Shown: positions 14,481 through 29,542 of the stretch, piece after piece
Layout: every line of letters starts with the position of its first letter
Numbering within the stretch: the first letter of the stretch is position 1
Assembly: GCF_009914755.1 (NCBI RefSeq)
Contig: NC_060925.1
Reading direction: 5' to 3' (one strand)
Origin: the human T2T-CHM13v2.0 reference genome, Homo sapiens
DNA: 64,000 bases
Notes under the pieces: model-generated
Seen by the model: only the letters and a program-made list of their open reading frames with translations
The model's database searches: none
What the model was told of the DNA's origin: nothing
Program-made: the position numbers and the translations under genes

Positions 14481-17400
14481 TGTAAATTGTTAACAAAACC
14501 CTTTTCTCCTTCTGCATGATAATTTGACCTTAATTAACTTTCTAGCTCTGTCCACCTAGAGCCTTCTAATGACAAAATGTCAACTATGTTACTAAGCAAA
14601 CATTGCATATCATAAAAAAGACTCCTAACTGATGGACTACACTTGGACTGGGAAAACTAAGTATCTGGAAGAAGCCAGACTTTGAGCTTCTCTGAATGCA
14701 GTGACTCCTATAACTTGCATACACCTGGCATGGGCATTGGAAACTACTCTATTAAGTTCTTAACAAGAGATAATGGCTCCAGGATGGTGCCACATGCACC
14801 TCAGCTGTCCCCAAGTAGACAATGAGGGGTGGAGAGTCAAGAGACTATCTCCTAGGTACTGTGTGGACTGCTGCTGCAGGGACTGCTCCTATAGAAATAT
14901 CATGCCTGATGCTGCCCTAATAGCAAGCTATAATTCTTATCCTACATCTCTCGGATTAATCTGGTGCCAAGTATGGCCTCTGAGATTCTTGTGAGCCTGA
15001 ACGTTAAGTTGAAGCTAAGAAAACATCCAAGTGGGCAAAATTCTTCCAAATTTTTGTTTCATGAATAATGTAGACATCATTGTTTTGCAGTCTTTCTAAT
15101 ATATCTAATATTTGGGGGCTTGATTTCAACTGCCTGACATGTCTGCTGGTTTTCACACCTGGTTTAGTTTCTTTGGGTTCATTATTATTTTTGAGTATGT
15201 GCCATATCTTGTATCTGGAAAAATATTTTTGGAATAATCTGAGATCTACAATGAAAGCTTTCTTGCCCAGCACCTGGGGGTACTTCCAGCCCAGAACCAC
15301 CTTTAATCAAGTAAAAGGTGTGAAAGATGCTCTGAACTTAAACTGTGTAACATAAGGGATGTTTCTTTTATAGTCCATTTTTATCCCAAGATTATAGAAA
15401 TGTAAGGTTCTACCTTATTGTAGGATTATTCTCCTGATAAACTCCCCAACTTGGGCAGACTCTGGTCTTCTATTTCTGTCCCATTAGTCACAGAAGGCTG
15501 TCAAACCCTAATATGCAGGTCAGGAAATGTCCTTAGCCAAAAAATGGTTCCTCTGCTTGCTTACGGCTCTGGGATCCAGTTTTTCCTTTACTTCAGGCCT
15601 CGTAATTCTTCAGTGTTAATCATCATCTTGATGCTTTTAAAAATATTTGTTTCCTATATATTACCTAAATAGCTTAGTCAGTGTTACCAGAAATGTATCA
15701 TCAACTTTTAAAATATACTAAATGCTTAAAAAAATAAAGTCATATTTTACTGCTATGGCTCTGACTTGAAACTAAGTTGATGAGGCCATGAGCTGGAGCA
15801 CAAATCAGTCCCCCCACTGTGAAACTGTCAGGTCACCACAAATACAGATTTTATTAGCAATGCAGAATTTTTCTTTTCCCTCTTAAGTCATCCAGTGACC
15901 AATCGGTTCTAGGCCACAAGATCAAAAACTCCGGTCTCAAAATCTAACAACCCCCAGCTGGTAATCTCACACATGCTCAGATTTTACTTTGTAAAAGAGA
16001 ATCAAGCCACATCATATAAAATTAAACATTTATTATTTTTCTTAATAGTCTAATAGAGATATACATTTGTGTATATTGGCCGGAAATTGGGCTAAAATTT
16101 TCACAAATGGAAATCAAGAATGTTACCATAGAACTATCAATGCCAACTTTAACTATCTGAATCAGATGGCATAGCCTAGTTTCCTCTACAACTGACAGCA
16201 CACTCTTTGGTATTTTGGTATTTTTCAGTGTCCTTGAAATGTTTAACTACCCACTAAAGAACAGGTCACATGGAATTAATAAACAAAGGGCTTCAGTTTC
16301 CATCAAGCACCTTCAAGTGACAGGAACAGGGATTTAAATAAAAGGATCTAAGTCAGCACAGGAAAGTGACTGTGCTGCCAAAGTGACTCAAACTCAAAAG
16401 GACAGGATGAGACTTACTCAGAACTTCGAGGAAGTGTAGAGAAATTATCCACCACTTTTTATCCTAGAGGTGCCTTTGTGGTTGTGACCATACCGTAGAA
16501 TGATTTGGGGATCCCTTCCAACTGGAAGGACATCTTAGACTGAGGGAACCCAAGAAACCTGATTTCGGTCACCCCTGACCATCATAAATCCCATGCAACA
16601 GGTCCATGCATTATCTAATGTTGACTCTGGGAATGGTCATTGTCATTGTTTCCTATTTGAATGGTTGTCACATTTCCTGCTTCAAATGATATCCAGAAAT
16701 GATGGCTTGGGACCATATTCTCAATTTTTAGGTGGCAAATAGACTCCAGAGACATCACACATAATAAAATACTTGGACTTTGAAAGGAAACAGTCAAGTC
16801 TATGACTTACAAGCTTATAAAGATCCCTCAGATGAGTTATGTACATGGATTGAGAATCAGAAAAGGAAGGATGCTCTCTCAGGAGATAGAAAAACCAGAT
16901 AAAAGGAGCAACTGAAATTATCTGACCCATCCCCTCATCGCCTATGTAGAAGGGAAATGCTCACTTTATCTAACCAGTGGATAACAGACAGCCTCTTTCA
17001 TTTTGGAGCTACCAAAAAGAAAAATAAATTGTGGTTTGGTTCAGTTCCCTTTTGACCAGTATGTTCTTGAAATTTTGAAAACATTTTACTCTTTTTCCTT
17101 TTAGTGTTTCAGTGTGGATAATTTCATTTGATCTATTTTCAAGTTCATTTTTTAGGCCAAAATTTGTCAAATATTGGCAATTTCATATGATTCAACTTAA
17201 TATATTAACCTAATGTGCAAAATTCAAATTTGTTTCTATACTACTAAATAATATCCCCCTGAAACGCTTTGCCAATTTACTCCTACTGACAGTGTATGAA
17301 AATATCCATTTTATTTCATCCTTTACAAGGTGCTATTATCAATAATTTATACTTTTACCAATCTGGGAAGTGAAAAAGACATTTAATTGTCTTGACTTGC

Positions 17401-17547
17401 ATCTCCCTTATTACTGGTTAGTTTAAATTTCTATTCTCCGTTCATTTTTCTGTTTATTTTCTTTTGTAGTACCTACTACTTCTTGATATCTTTGTTTAAG
17501 CTTTATATATTTACTTTTTACCTGTTAATTGTTGTAATCACCCACTA

Positions 17548-17871
<324 letters not shown>

Positions 17872-18387
17872 TCACCACTCTAGTGCCTAGAACATTTTAT
17901 GTACTCAACATATAATAGTTAAATGAATGAATGAAAGTTAGACTGTAGGGGTGTCCATGAAAGTAGATATTAGCTAAGTTCCCAGAGATTGACTCCTCTT
18001 TTCCTGGTTCTCACACTTCAAGCTCTGTTAAGCCTGGAGGAGGGTGTTTTGTCTTTAAAAAGATACAGCTCCAGGTTACCCCTTTGGACCAGTTCCTGTT
18101 CTTAGGTCTCAGACTTCCTCTATTCATGAATGGTGGATATATATGATTTCCTGTGATGTTTCTTTACATTATGACCATAATGAGCGTTGATTTTTAGTTC
18201 CTGATCCCCTCATGTAATGACTGTTCAATTAATGACTTTTTGCCATAATGGCTATTATAAAGCTATGTCACTTTTTGGACAACTCCTTTTTTATTATAAT
18301 GATTTGTCACCCCAAAATAAATAAACATGCTATAAGAAATTATATTTTGACATCATGGTTTCAAGCAGACACTATATAGAAGGATGT

Positions 18388-18688
<301 letters not shown>

Positions 18689-18709
18689 AGAAGGATGTGT
18701 ATGAATGAG

Positions 18710-19630
18710 CATGTAGGGAAGTGGCCAAAGAGGGGCCCACCCTCTGTAATCTGCTTTTTGATGCTAAGGTGAGGACTCTGCAAACCACATCTTTTTTTTG
18801 CTTGCTGGCTTTATTAGTTTCTGTCAGTAAGGGGTGTTAAAAAGAGACTGAAAGGCTGGAGGAGGGATATAGGTCTGGCTGCTTCCTATTTTGTTTCTTG
18901 TTTCAATTAGCATCATCCCAGCCATAATTTTTTACTCTGAGAGTGGTCATTGTTTCCAGTTTCATTTCTTTTCTTTTCTTACAATCCCGGAGCCAGCCTC
19001 ATGGCCCCCTCTCAAAGGCATGAGCATCAGCCAGTGGACACCTCTTCTTCAGAGGTCTGAGTCCCTGCTACACTAGATACTTCCTCTGAGTTCCAAGGCC
19101 AGCAGCAACCTCCTTCTCAGAAGCCATCCTCCCAGTTATGTGTGGCCCTTCATCCAAGTTACCAAGTTCTAACAACCCAACCATTTTACCTTTGTTTGTA
19201 CAACCCTAGGGTTGATCACTGCTTCGCTTTCTACACTAACTATCTCTGTGTTACATCAGTTCCCCTTTTGCCTTCTTAGACCTCCAATACCTGTATAATT
19301 CCTTGTGTTAAATTCCCTCTGGTATACTGTTCATTTTCTATTTTTTTTTTTTTTTTTTTTTGAGACAGGGTCTTGCTCTGTTACCCAGACTCAAGTGCTG
19401 TGGTGCAATCATAGCTCACTGAAGCCTTAAACTCCTGGGCTCAAGTGAGTGTGCCACCATGCCCAGCTAATTTTTATTTTTTTTAGACACAGTGTCTCAC
19501 TCTTTTTCCCAGGCTAATCTTAAACTACTAGATTCAAGTGATTCTCCCATTTTGGCATCTCAAAGTGTTGAGATTACAGGTGTGAGCCACCATGCCCAGC
19601 CCATTTTCCTTTTAGACCCTGAATGACACA
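18710..19630 (+). mobile_element. LTR33-like (ERVL) LTR interrupted by an AluJ (19341-19601, - strand)
   Basis: GGACTCTGCAAACCACAT...GAAGGCTGGAGGAG and TAAATTCCCTCTG motifs; boundaries approximate. Confidence 0.6.
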
Positions 19631-19709
19631 CAGTACTACTCACCAATTTACCTGACATGACCATTTGTAGTCAGAGAATATTGTGTGAAACAACTTTGAA
19701 TTGCATGAC

Positions 19710-21902
19710 TGTATTAGTCTGTTCTCACACTGCTAATAAAGACATACCTGAGACTAGGTAATTTAAAAAGAAAGGAGACTTGATTAACTCACAGTTCAGC
19801 ATGGCTGGGGAGCCCTCAGGAAACTTACAATCATGACAGAAGGAGATGCAAACACATCCCTCTTCACATGGCAGCAGCAAGGAGAAATGCAGAGCAAAAG
19901 CGGGGAAAAGTCCCTTATAAAACCATCAGATCTCGTGAGAACTCACTATCATGAGAACAGCATGGGGGAAACCACCCCCACAATTCAATTACCTCCCACT
20001 GGGTCCCTCTCATTATGTGGGGATTATGGGAACTACAATTCAAAATGTGATTTGGGTGGGGACACAGCAAAACCATATCATTCTGCCCTGGCCCCTCCCA
20101 AATCTCATGTCCTCACATTTTAAAACACAATAATACCTTCCAAAAGTCCCGCAAAATTTTAACTCATCCCATAATTAGCTCAAAAGTCCAAGTCCAAAAT
20201 CTCATCCAAAGGCAAGTCCCTTCTGTCTATGAGCCTGTAAAATCAAAAGCAAGTTAGTTACTTCCTTGATACAATGAGAGTACAGGCATTGGGTAAATAC
20301 AGCCACTGCAAATGGGAGAAATTGGCCAAAACAAAGGAGCTACAGGCCCCAGGCAAGTCCAAAATTCAATAGGGCAGTAATTAAATCCTTAAGCTCCAAA
20401 ATAATATCCTTTGACTCCATGTCTCAAATCCAGATCACACTGATGCAAGAGGTGGGCTCCCATGATGTTGGGCAGCTCTGACCCTGTGACTTTGCAGGGT
20501 ACAGCCCTCTTCCTGGCAGCTTTCACAGCTGGCATTGAGTGTCTGAGTCTTTTCCAGGTGCATGGTGCAAGCTGTCAGTGGTTTTACTAGCCTGGGGTCT
20601 AGAGGATGGTGGCCCTCTTCTCACAGCTTTACTAGGAAGTGTCCCAGTGGGGACTCTGTGTCGGGGCTCCAACCCCACATATCCCTTCTGCACTGCCCTA
20701 GCAGAGGTTCTCCATGAGGGCTCTGCCCTTGCAGCACACCTCTGCCTGGGCATCCAGGCATTTCCACACATCCCCTGAAATCTAGGTTCCCAAACCTCAG
20801 TTCTTGTCCTCTGCACACCTGCAGGACCAACACCATGTGAAAGCTGCCAAGGCTTGGGGCTCGCATCCGCTGAAGTCATGACTCAAGGTGTACCTTGGCC
20901 CCTTGTAGCCATGGTTGGAGTGGCTGGGACACAGTGCACCAAGTTCCTAGGCTGTACACAGCAGGGAGGTCTCTGACATGCCCTGAAGACCTTTTCCCCA
21001 CTGTCTTGGCGATTAACATTTGGTTCCTCATTACTTATGCAAATTTCTGCAGCCAGCTTGAATTTCTCCCTAGAAAACAGGTTTTTCTTTTCTACCACAT
21101 AGGCTGCAAATTTTCCAAATTTTTATGCTCTGTCACCTCTTGAACGCTTTGCTGCTTAGAAATTTCGTCTACCAGATACTCTAAATCATCTCTCTCAAGT
21201 TCAGAATTCCACAGATCTCTAGAGCAGGGGGTAAAATGCTGCCAGTCTCTTTGCTAAAGCATAACAAGAGACCTTTCCTCTAGTTCCCAACTAGTTACCA
21301 TTTCCATCTGAGACCACCTCAGCCTGGACTTTATTGTCCATATCACTATCAGCATTTTGGTCAAAGCCATTCAACAAGTCTCTAGGAAGTTCCAAACGTT
21401 CCCACATCTTCCTGTCTTCTTCTGAGCCCTCCAAACTGTTTCAACCTCTGCCTGTTACCCAGTTCCAAAGTTGCTTCTACATTTTCAAGTATCTTTACAG
21501 CAGTGCCCCACTACCCAGTACCAATTTACTGTATTAGTCCATTCTCACACTGCTAATAAAGACATACCTGAGACCGGGTAATTTATAAAGGAAAGAGGTT
21601 TAATTGACTCACAGTTCTGCATGGCCAGGGATACCCCAGGAAACTTACAATCGCGGTGGAATGGGAAGCAAACGTGTCCTTCTTCACATGGCAGCAGCAA
21701 GAAGTACAGAGCGAAGTGGGGGAAAAGCCCCTTATAAAACCATCAGATCTCGTGAGAATCATTCACTATCATGAGAATAGCATGAAGGTAACTGGCCCCA
21801 TGATTCACCTACCTCCCACTGGGTCCCTCCCATGACATGTGGGGATAATGGGAGCTACAGTTGAAGATGAGATTTGGGTGAGGACACAGCCAAACCAAAT
21901 CA
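19710..21902 (-). mobile_element. Full-length THE1 (C/D-type) MaLR element: LTR 19710-20080, internal 20081-21529, LTR 21530-21902
   Basis: Two homologous ~370-bp LTRs flank a THE1-int sequence; perfect 5-bp TSD ATGAC (19705-19709 / 21903-21907). Confidence 0.92.
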
Positions 21903-22633
21903 ATGACATATTTAGATGAACCCAAAATACTGTTTTTCATACACATGCCAAGCAAAGTGAATGAGAGGGTTGCATCTTCTATGACTCTTCAATCTGCTGT
22001 ACATGTTCACCATTTCAATATTCTATAAAGCCTTTTTGTGTTTAGCTTTTATTTGGTCAAAGCCTTAAGGTAAAGGAAATTATTAATCACATTAAATTTG
22101 ATATTGAATGCTGGTCTGGCACTGAATCTTCACTGACTTTGAAAGAATAATCCCCTCCCAGTCCTCCTCTATTGACCATCACCTATAACCAAGTCTCCTC
22201 TTCCTCCTTTGATGAATACAATAAAAATTCATATGTGAAAACTGTATTTATTTTATTTTTATCTATTATTTACATAAATTTAGTTTGTTTAATCTATATG
22301 TTTCCTATCTTTTGGGTATCTTGGGTTAATTTTTCTGTTTAGAATAACAAAAACTTTTTATTCACTTCACATATTTTCACTTAGTTGTAAGATTTTCAAA
22401 CATAAAGTCATTAAGCAAATGTTTGTGTACAAGACACACAGATACAGAAACTGCCAGGAGAGACTCTGATAACTTCCATACTTCTAATTTTGCATATAAG
22501 CTGTCTTCAGGATACACAAAGACTGAGGGAAGAGAAGATGCTAAATGTAAATAATATACATTTATTTATGTATTCATTATCAAGCATATGTTATCTGAAT
22601 GTCTTTATAAAGCAATATACAAATAGAATAGGA

Positions 22634-22718
22634 ACGTGATATATTTACTTCCCCAGTTGTGGTGTAAGCATCCTCTAAAAATGCTTACACCACAATTGGG
22701 GAAGTAAATATATCATGT
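22634..22718. repeat. Near-perfect inverted repeat (38-bp arms, 9-nt loop)
   Basis: TGATATATTTACTTCCCCAGTTGTGGTGTAAGCAT-cctctaaaa-ATGCTTACACCACAATTGGGGAAGTAAATATATCA. Confidence 0.95.
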
Positions 22719-22750
22719 ATATAACGAATAGACTATAAAAAAGAACACAT

Positions 22751-23041
22751 GGGGCAGGTACGACGGCTCATACCTGCAATCCAGAACTTTGGGAGGCCAA
22801 GGCAGATGGATCACTTGAGGTCAGGAGTTTGAGACTAGCCTGGCCAATGTGGTGAAACCCCATCTCTATTAAAAATATAAAAATTAGCCGAGCGTGGTGG
22901 CACAGGCCTGTAATCCCAGCTACTTGGGAGGCTGAGGTGGAGGATCCCCTGAACCTGGGAGGTGGAGGTTGCTGTGAACTGAGATCACACCACTGCCCTC
23001 CAGTCTGGGTGACAGAGTGAGACTCCATCTCAAAAAAAAAA
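22751..23041 (+). mobile_element. AluS
   Basis: Alu dimer. Confidence 0.85.
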
Positions 23042-23728
23042 GAAATGAAAAAGCAGGAACACATGATAGGGTAGTCTGAGCTCTGTACAAATAGGAACAG
23101 TAACATAGACAAGGAGTAATTAGAGTAGGCTGAAAAAAAAATCGAAAGATCTTCTTGAAAAAGATCCTGAAGAAATTTATGAAACTGAGTTGACTAAGGG
23201 AATAAGGAAGCACGTGAGTAAATACAGCAACATTACCTAAATTCCCTTTCCATCATCTCTCTGTCATCTTCTCCCACCTCTCCTAACCAACCCACAGGGA
23301 TTTAAAAATATTATTGAATTTTTATCTAAATGTGATGGAGGATGGACAGGAAGAGAATTACTGATTACTCTCAGTCAGGATTCATCCTAGCAGCAATTAT
23401 TTGTAATTTAACTGAAATAAGTCCATTTGACTGAACAGACAGCTTGGAAATCACTAAAATGAGAAAGGAGATGTTTTAGAGAGTATGACTTCTATAAGTG
23501 AATGAAAGAGAAATCACCCTTAAACTCACTGGTTTGGGGAAGTGAAGTTCCCACAAATGTGACACACAGGAAATTGCCTTTCCACATGTGAGTTTTCTGA
23601 ACTGAACCAACTGCCATCGATTTGCACTAGTAAGACAGTATTCCTAACCAAAGCAGGGAAAACAATGATGTGATCCCAAGAAGTCCTTGCACTCCCAGAC
23701 TTCTAGTCTCATCTGTTTAATTTGACAT

Positions 23729-24788
<1,060 letters not shown>

Positions 24789-25357
24789 GCATCAAAGGTC
24801 ATAGTTCCTGAAACTGCAGAGACAGCACTGAAGACTTCCATGTAGGAAACAGGATGTCTCTAAAGTGCAAAGAGCCAGGACTTGGATCTAGAAGTGAGTA
24901 GTAGAATGGGAAAGAATCTAGTCGTAACTTAGAAACCACCTCAGTCCTTCCTGGGTTAGCATTTGTCATCGTTTACTTAGGCTGCTGCTGAAGGGATTTG
25001 ATTCAAGCCTCTGTGACTCAGCAGTGGGCACAAGCATTGCTATCCCCCTTTTTTCTAGGAAAATTGTTCAAAAGAAAACCTTGACACGAACTACGCATTA
25101 ACCCTATATTACAACATCTTCATAGAGTCAGGTGAGAAGAAGGGAGGCCAGAGGATCCAGTCTTGAATGCTAACGTTATCTTAAACAGGGTCTTTATTGA
25201 GTTCTACCTTAGTATGGTAAATTATAGTTGTAAGGAGAATGGTCTCCCCTTTGTCCCTTTTGACTACAAGAAGCCGGTGCTCACCCTCTGAAAAGTCAGA
25301 AGATGTACAACATCTGCTACTCCTACCAAATGCTAAGCCACTATGAGGATATGATGC

Positions 25358-25823
<466 letters not shown>

Positions 25824-26399
25824 AACAATGCTTTATTTCTTGACTCTCTTTCTACACCCCTACTGCAAAAGACTAATTTTCCCCAAAGAGGACCTGATTT
25901 TGACTGAATTTTAGCCTCTTCCTCTTCCACGTGATAAAGCTGCTAATTGCCTGAGAGAAGACTGCTGAGTTACAGTGTAGAGGGAAGCATACTCAGGGAC
26001 AATTAGCAACAATTCTGTTTCTGTTAAACCTTATAATTCTTATATCACTACTGCACAGAACTAGACATGGAGCTAGTTTATGTCTCACTGTACCATTTAC
26101 TAATTTTTTGACCCTGATGAAGTAACTTAACCTCTTGTAGCTTTATCTCATGTACAAAATTGAGACAACAGTAAGATGTTCTCATCTAAGTAAAATGTTG
26201 AAATGTTGGAGTGTTCCAGGCTTGTTTAGATAGATGGAAAACACACACACACTCATTCACTCTCTCTCTCTGTTACTCTGTCTTTCCAATAAGTCTTGTT
26301 TTCACTTCTTAAGAATCAGCCTAGAGGTGACTGGAGGAAGAGAAACTAAGTTGTGGTGACAAAGAACAAGACTATGAGTAAGGATCACTATTACCCTTA

Positions 26400-26730
<331 letters not shown>

Positions 26731-26819
26731 ATTTTTTTTCAAGGAATAGAACCACTGCACATGCTCCTCCTGATCCCCCAAAGTGTAAGATTTTCCTGCA
26801 AATAGCTATCTCCCAGGAC

Positions 26820-27960
26820 TTACATTAGTAAGGTATCTGGATATAAAAATCAGTGTTCCCTAAATCAGCTGTGTTTCCATTATATCAAAAATAAACTTTT
26901 AGAAATTACCATTTGAATTAACAAAGATACACACACACACACGCACACACCTAGAAAGAAATCCCGTAAGATTTGTGCAGGGCATTTATGAAGAAAACTG
27001 TGCAATTTATGGGAAGTTATTAAGAAAGACCACATAATTTAATAGATACATTAAGTTTATGGTTTAGAAGACTCAATGTCATTAAGTACAAATTTTCTTC
27101 AAATTTGTTTACATATTCAATGTAAATCATCTAAATCCCAACAAATACTAAGAAAGCTGACAACTTGATTCAATGTGTACATTAATGAGCAAAAATCCAA
27201 GAATAACTATGAAAATCCTGAGATGATTAAGGAGATGTGCACTACCATATATAAGGATGTATTATAAAGCTATAATATTAAGACAATGTGGTATTGAGAC
27301 AAAGATAAGCAAATTGCTGGTCAAATAGCCTAAGCTCTAAAAACACATATATATGAAACTTTGTGATAGAATTGTCAGTTCATATCAAAAACAGGATGAT
27401 TAGGTCTTTTAAATGGTACTGACACAACTGCTTATACACAAGGGAAAAAAAAGAAATTAGATACCTGCTTCACATCACCTACAGACATGGACTTAAGACT
27501 TAATTGTAAAAGGCAAAACTTTAATACTTTTAGAAGAAAATACTTTGGAATCAGCAAAGATTTCATAAGCAAGACAAAAATACTAATCATAAAATAAAAT
27601 ACTGACAAATTAAACCTCATCAAAATTAAGAACTTTTGTACATGAAAAGACAACATAAAGAAAGTCAGGAAATGAGTTGCCAATCAGAAAAAAATAATTT
27701 CAACAGAAGTAAGCCATGAGGGTTTGTATCAGACTAAATTTTTAAACCTTTATAAACCAATAAGAAATAGACAAAAGTGCACACTATGAACAAAATAAAA
27801 GCCACAAACAGATATTTCATGGAAGAAACTGCATAAATGGTAAATTAACATATGAAAAAGGACTCAACCTCATCAGTAATCAGGGAAATCTAAATTAAGT
27901 CTACCATAGAGTACTATTTTATAACTACAAAAATGGAAATGGGGACTAAGAAGTCTTCTT
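26820..27960 (+). mobile_element. Old L1 (ORF2 3' region) fragment
   Basis: L1 motifs (TATAAAGCTATAATATTAAGACAATGTGGTATTG; TCATCAAAATTAAGAACTTTTG; CTCATCAGTAATCAGGGAAAT). Confidence 0.75.
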
Positions 27961-27966
27961 ACATTA

Positions 27967-28578
27967 TATAAACCAAAAATAAAATTGTAAGACCCCCCAA
28001 GCATCTTAATGGACCCCTCCTCTTGGCCAAGGGCATTCCAAAGTGAACCTGAAAAACTAGTTCAGGCCATGATGGGAAGGGGGAGCTGAACATGCCTCAT
28101 CATACCCTCCTCCCTTTTGGAATTACTGGTAGAACAGACTCTAAGTCTGATAAAAAAAAAAAACATTTACAATCTATTCTCTCTGAAGTCTGCTGCCTGG
28201 ATACCTGGAGGCTTCATCTGAATGACAAAACCTTGGTCTCCACAACCCCTTATCACAAGCCAGATCTTCCTTTCTATTGATAATAACGAATTGCCAATCA
28301 GAAAATCTTTGAATCTGCCTATGACTTGGAAGCCACCCCACCCCTGCCTGCTGCTTCCAGTTGTCCTGCCTTTCCAAACTGAACCAATGTACATTTTACA
28401 TGTATTGATTGATGTCTTATGTCTCTGTAAAATGCATAAAACCAAGCTGCATCCTGACCACCTTGAGTACATGTTCTCAGGATCTCCTGAGGGCTGTGTC
28501 ACAGGCCATTGGTCACTCATATTTGGCTCAGGATAAATCTCTTCAAATATTTCACAGAGTTTGACTTTTTTGTTGACA
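27967..28578 (+). mobile_element. MER4-family ERV1 solo LTR
   Basis: T(A)TAAACCAAAAATAAAATT...GGCCAAGGGCATTCCAAAG...CAGAGTTTGACTTTTTTGTTGACA. Confidence 0.8.
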
Positions 28579-28990
28579 AATACTAAGTGTTGACAAGGGA
28601 TTTAGTGACATAGAAATCCTTATATCCTATTAATGACAGGGCAAAGTAGTATAGCCATGTAGAAATTAACTTGGCATCATCTTATAAAATTAAAAATTTA
28701 CACATCTATAACACCTTATTTTTCTTTCGGTACCTTTTAAAGATGTTGTTGCTACATTGTCTTCTCACTTGCATTATTTCCAACAAGAAATCTGGTGTTT
28801 TCTTTGTGCCTCTGTGTGTAGCATGTCTTTTTATCTCCGATCACTTTTGAGATTTTCTCTCACTAACTTTCAGTAATTTGATTATTAAATCCTTATGCTG
28901 TTTTCTTCATGGTTTTTGTTGTTTGGGGGGTGTTTTTATTTGTTTTTGTGCTTGGGGTTCATTGAGAATCTTGGATTTATAAATTTATAG

Positions 28991-29484
28991 TGTAGGGGAG
29001 AAAAAATAATTTTTCTTCTACCCTTCTGAGTTCTCAGCTGGGACTTTTATAACAAGACAGATTAACAAGAGAAAAGCAGATAATCAGGGAAAAATGAGTA
29101 ACTCTCAAAGAGGTGGCCTAGAATTTTGGCTTATGTAGCATCTTCAACTAAAAGAAAGAAAGAAGGGTGTTGGGAAAGCAAGCTATGGGAAAGCGTTCAG
29201 GAAAATCAAACAAGAGTAAGGTTTATTATGCAGATTTAAATTGGTGCCTTCTCCATTGGTAAGAGCCTTTTGTGATTTAGTCCTCCTTCTTTTCCCAGCC
29301 CAGAGAGGGAGATAGCCTTAGAAATGGAGATTTCTTTTAAAAATGTAAATTTCCCTTACAGAAGGGTAACTTCTACTGTGTTTTTAGAATTCTCCTGTGT
29401 CTACTGTTTCTCAAAATAATCAGCTCAAAATAATCCTTATGCCAAAAAGTCATATTTTAGGGTGGCACATGCCTGTCTCCTACA
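28991..29484 (-). mobile_element. MER34-like ERV1 solo LTR
   Basis: Minus strand starts TGTAGGAGACAGGCATGTGCCACCCTAAAATATG...GGCATAAGGATTATTTTGAGCTG. Confidence 0.68.
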
Positions 29485-29542
29485 AGTTTTCATCAAGTTT
29501 GAAAACTTTTTGGTCATTCTTTGTTCAAATATTTTTTCTATC

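Noticed and set aside
19833-21537. ORFs inside 19.8-21.5 kb
   Set aside because: Fragments of THE1 LTR/internal sequence.
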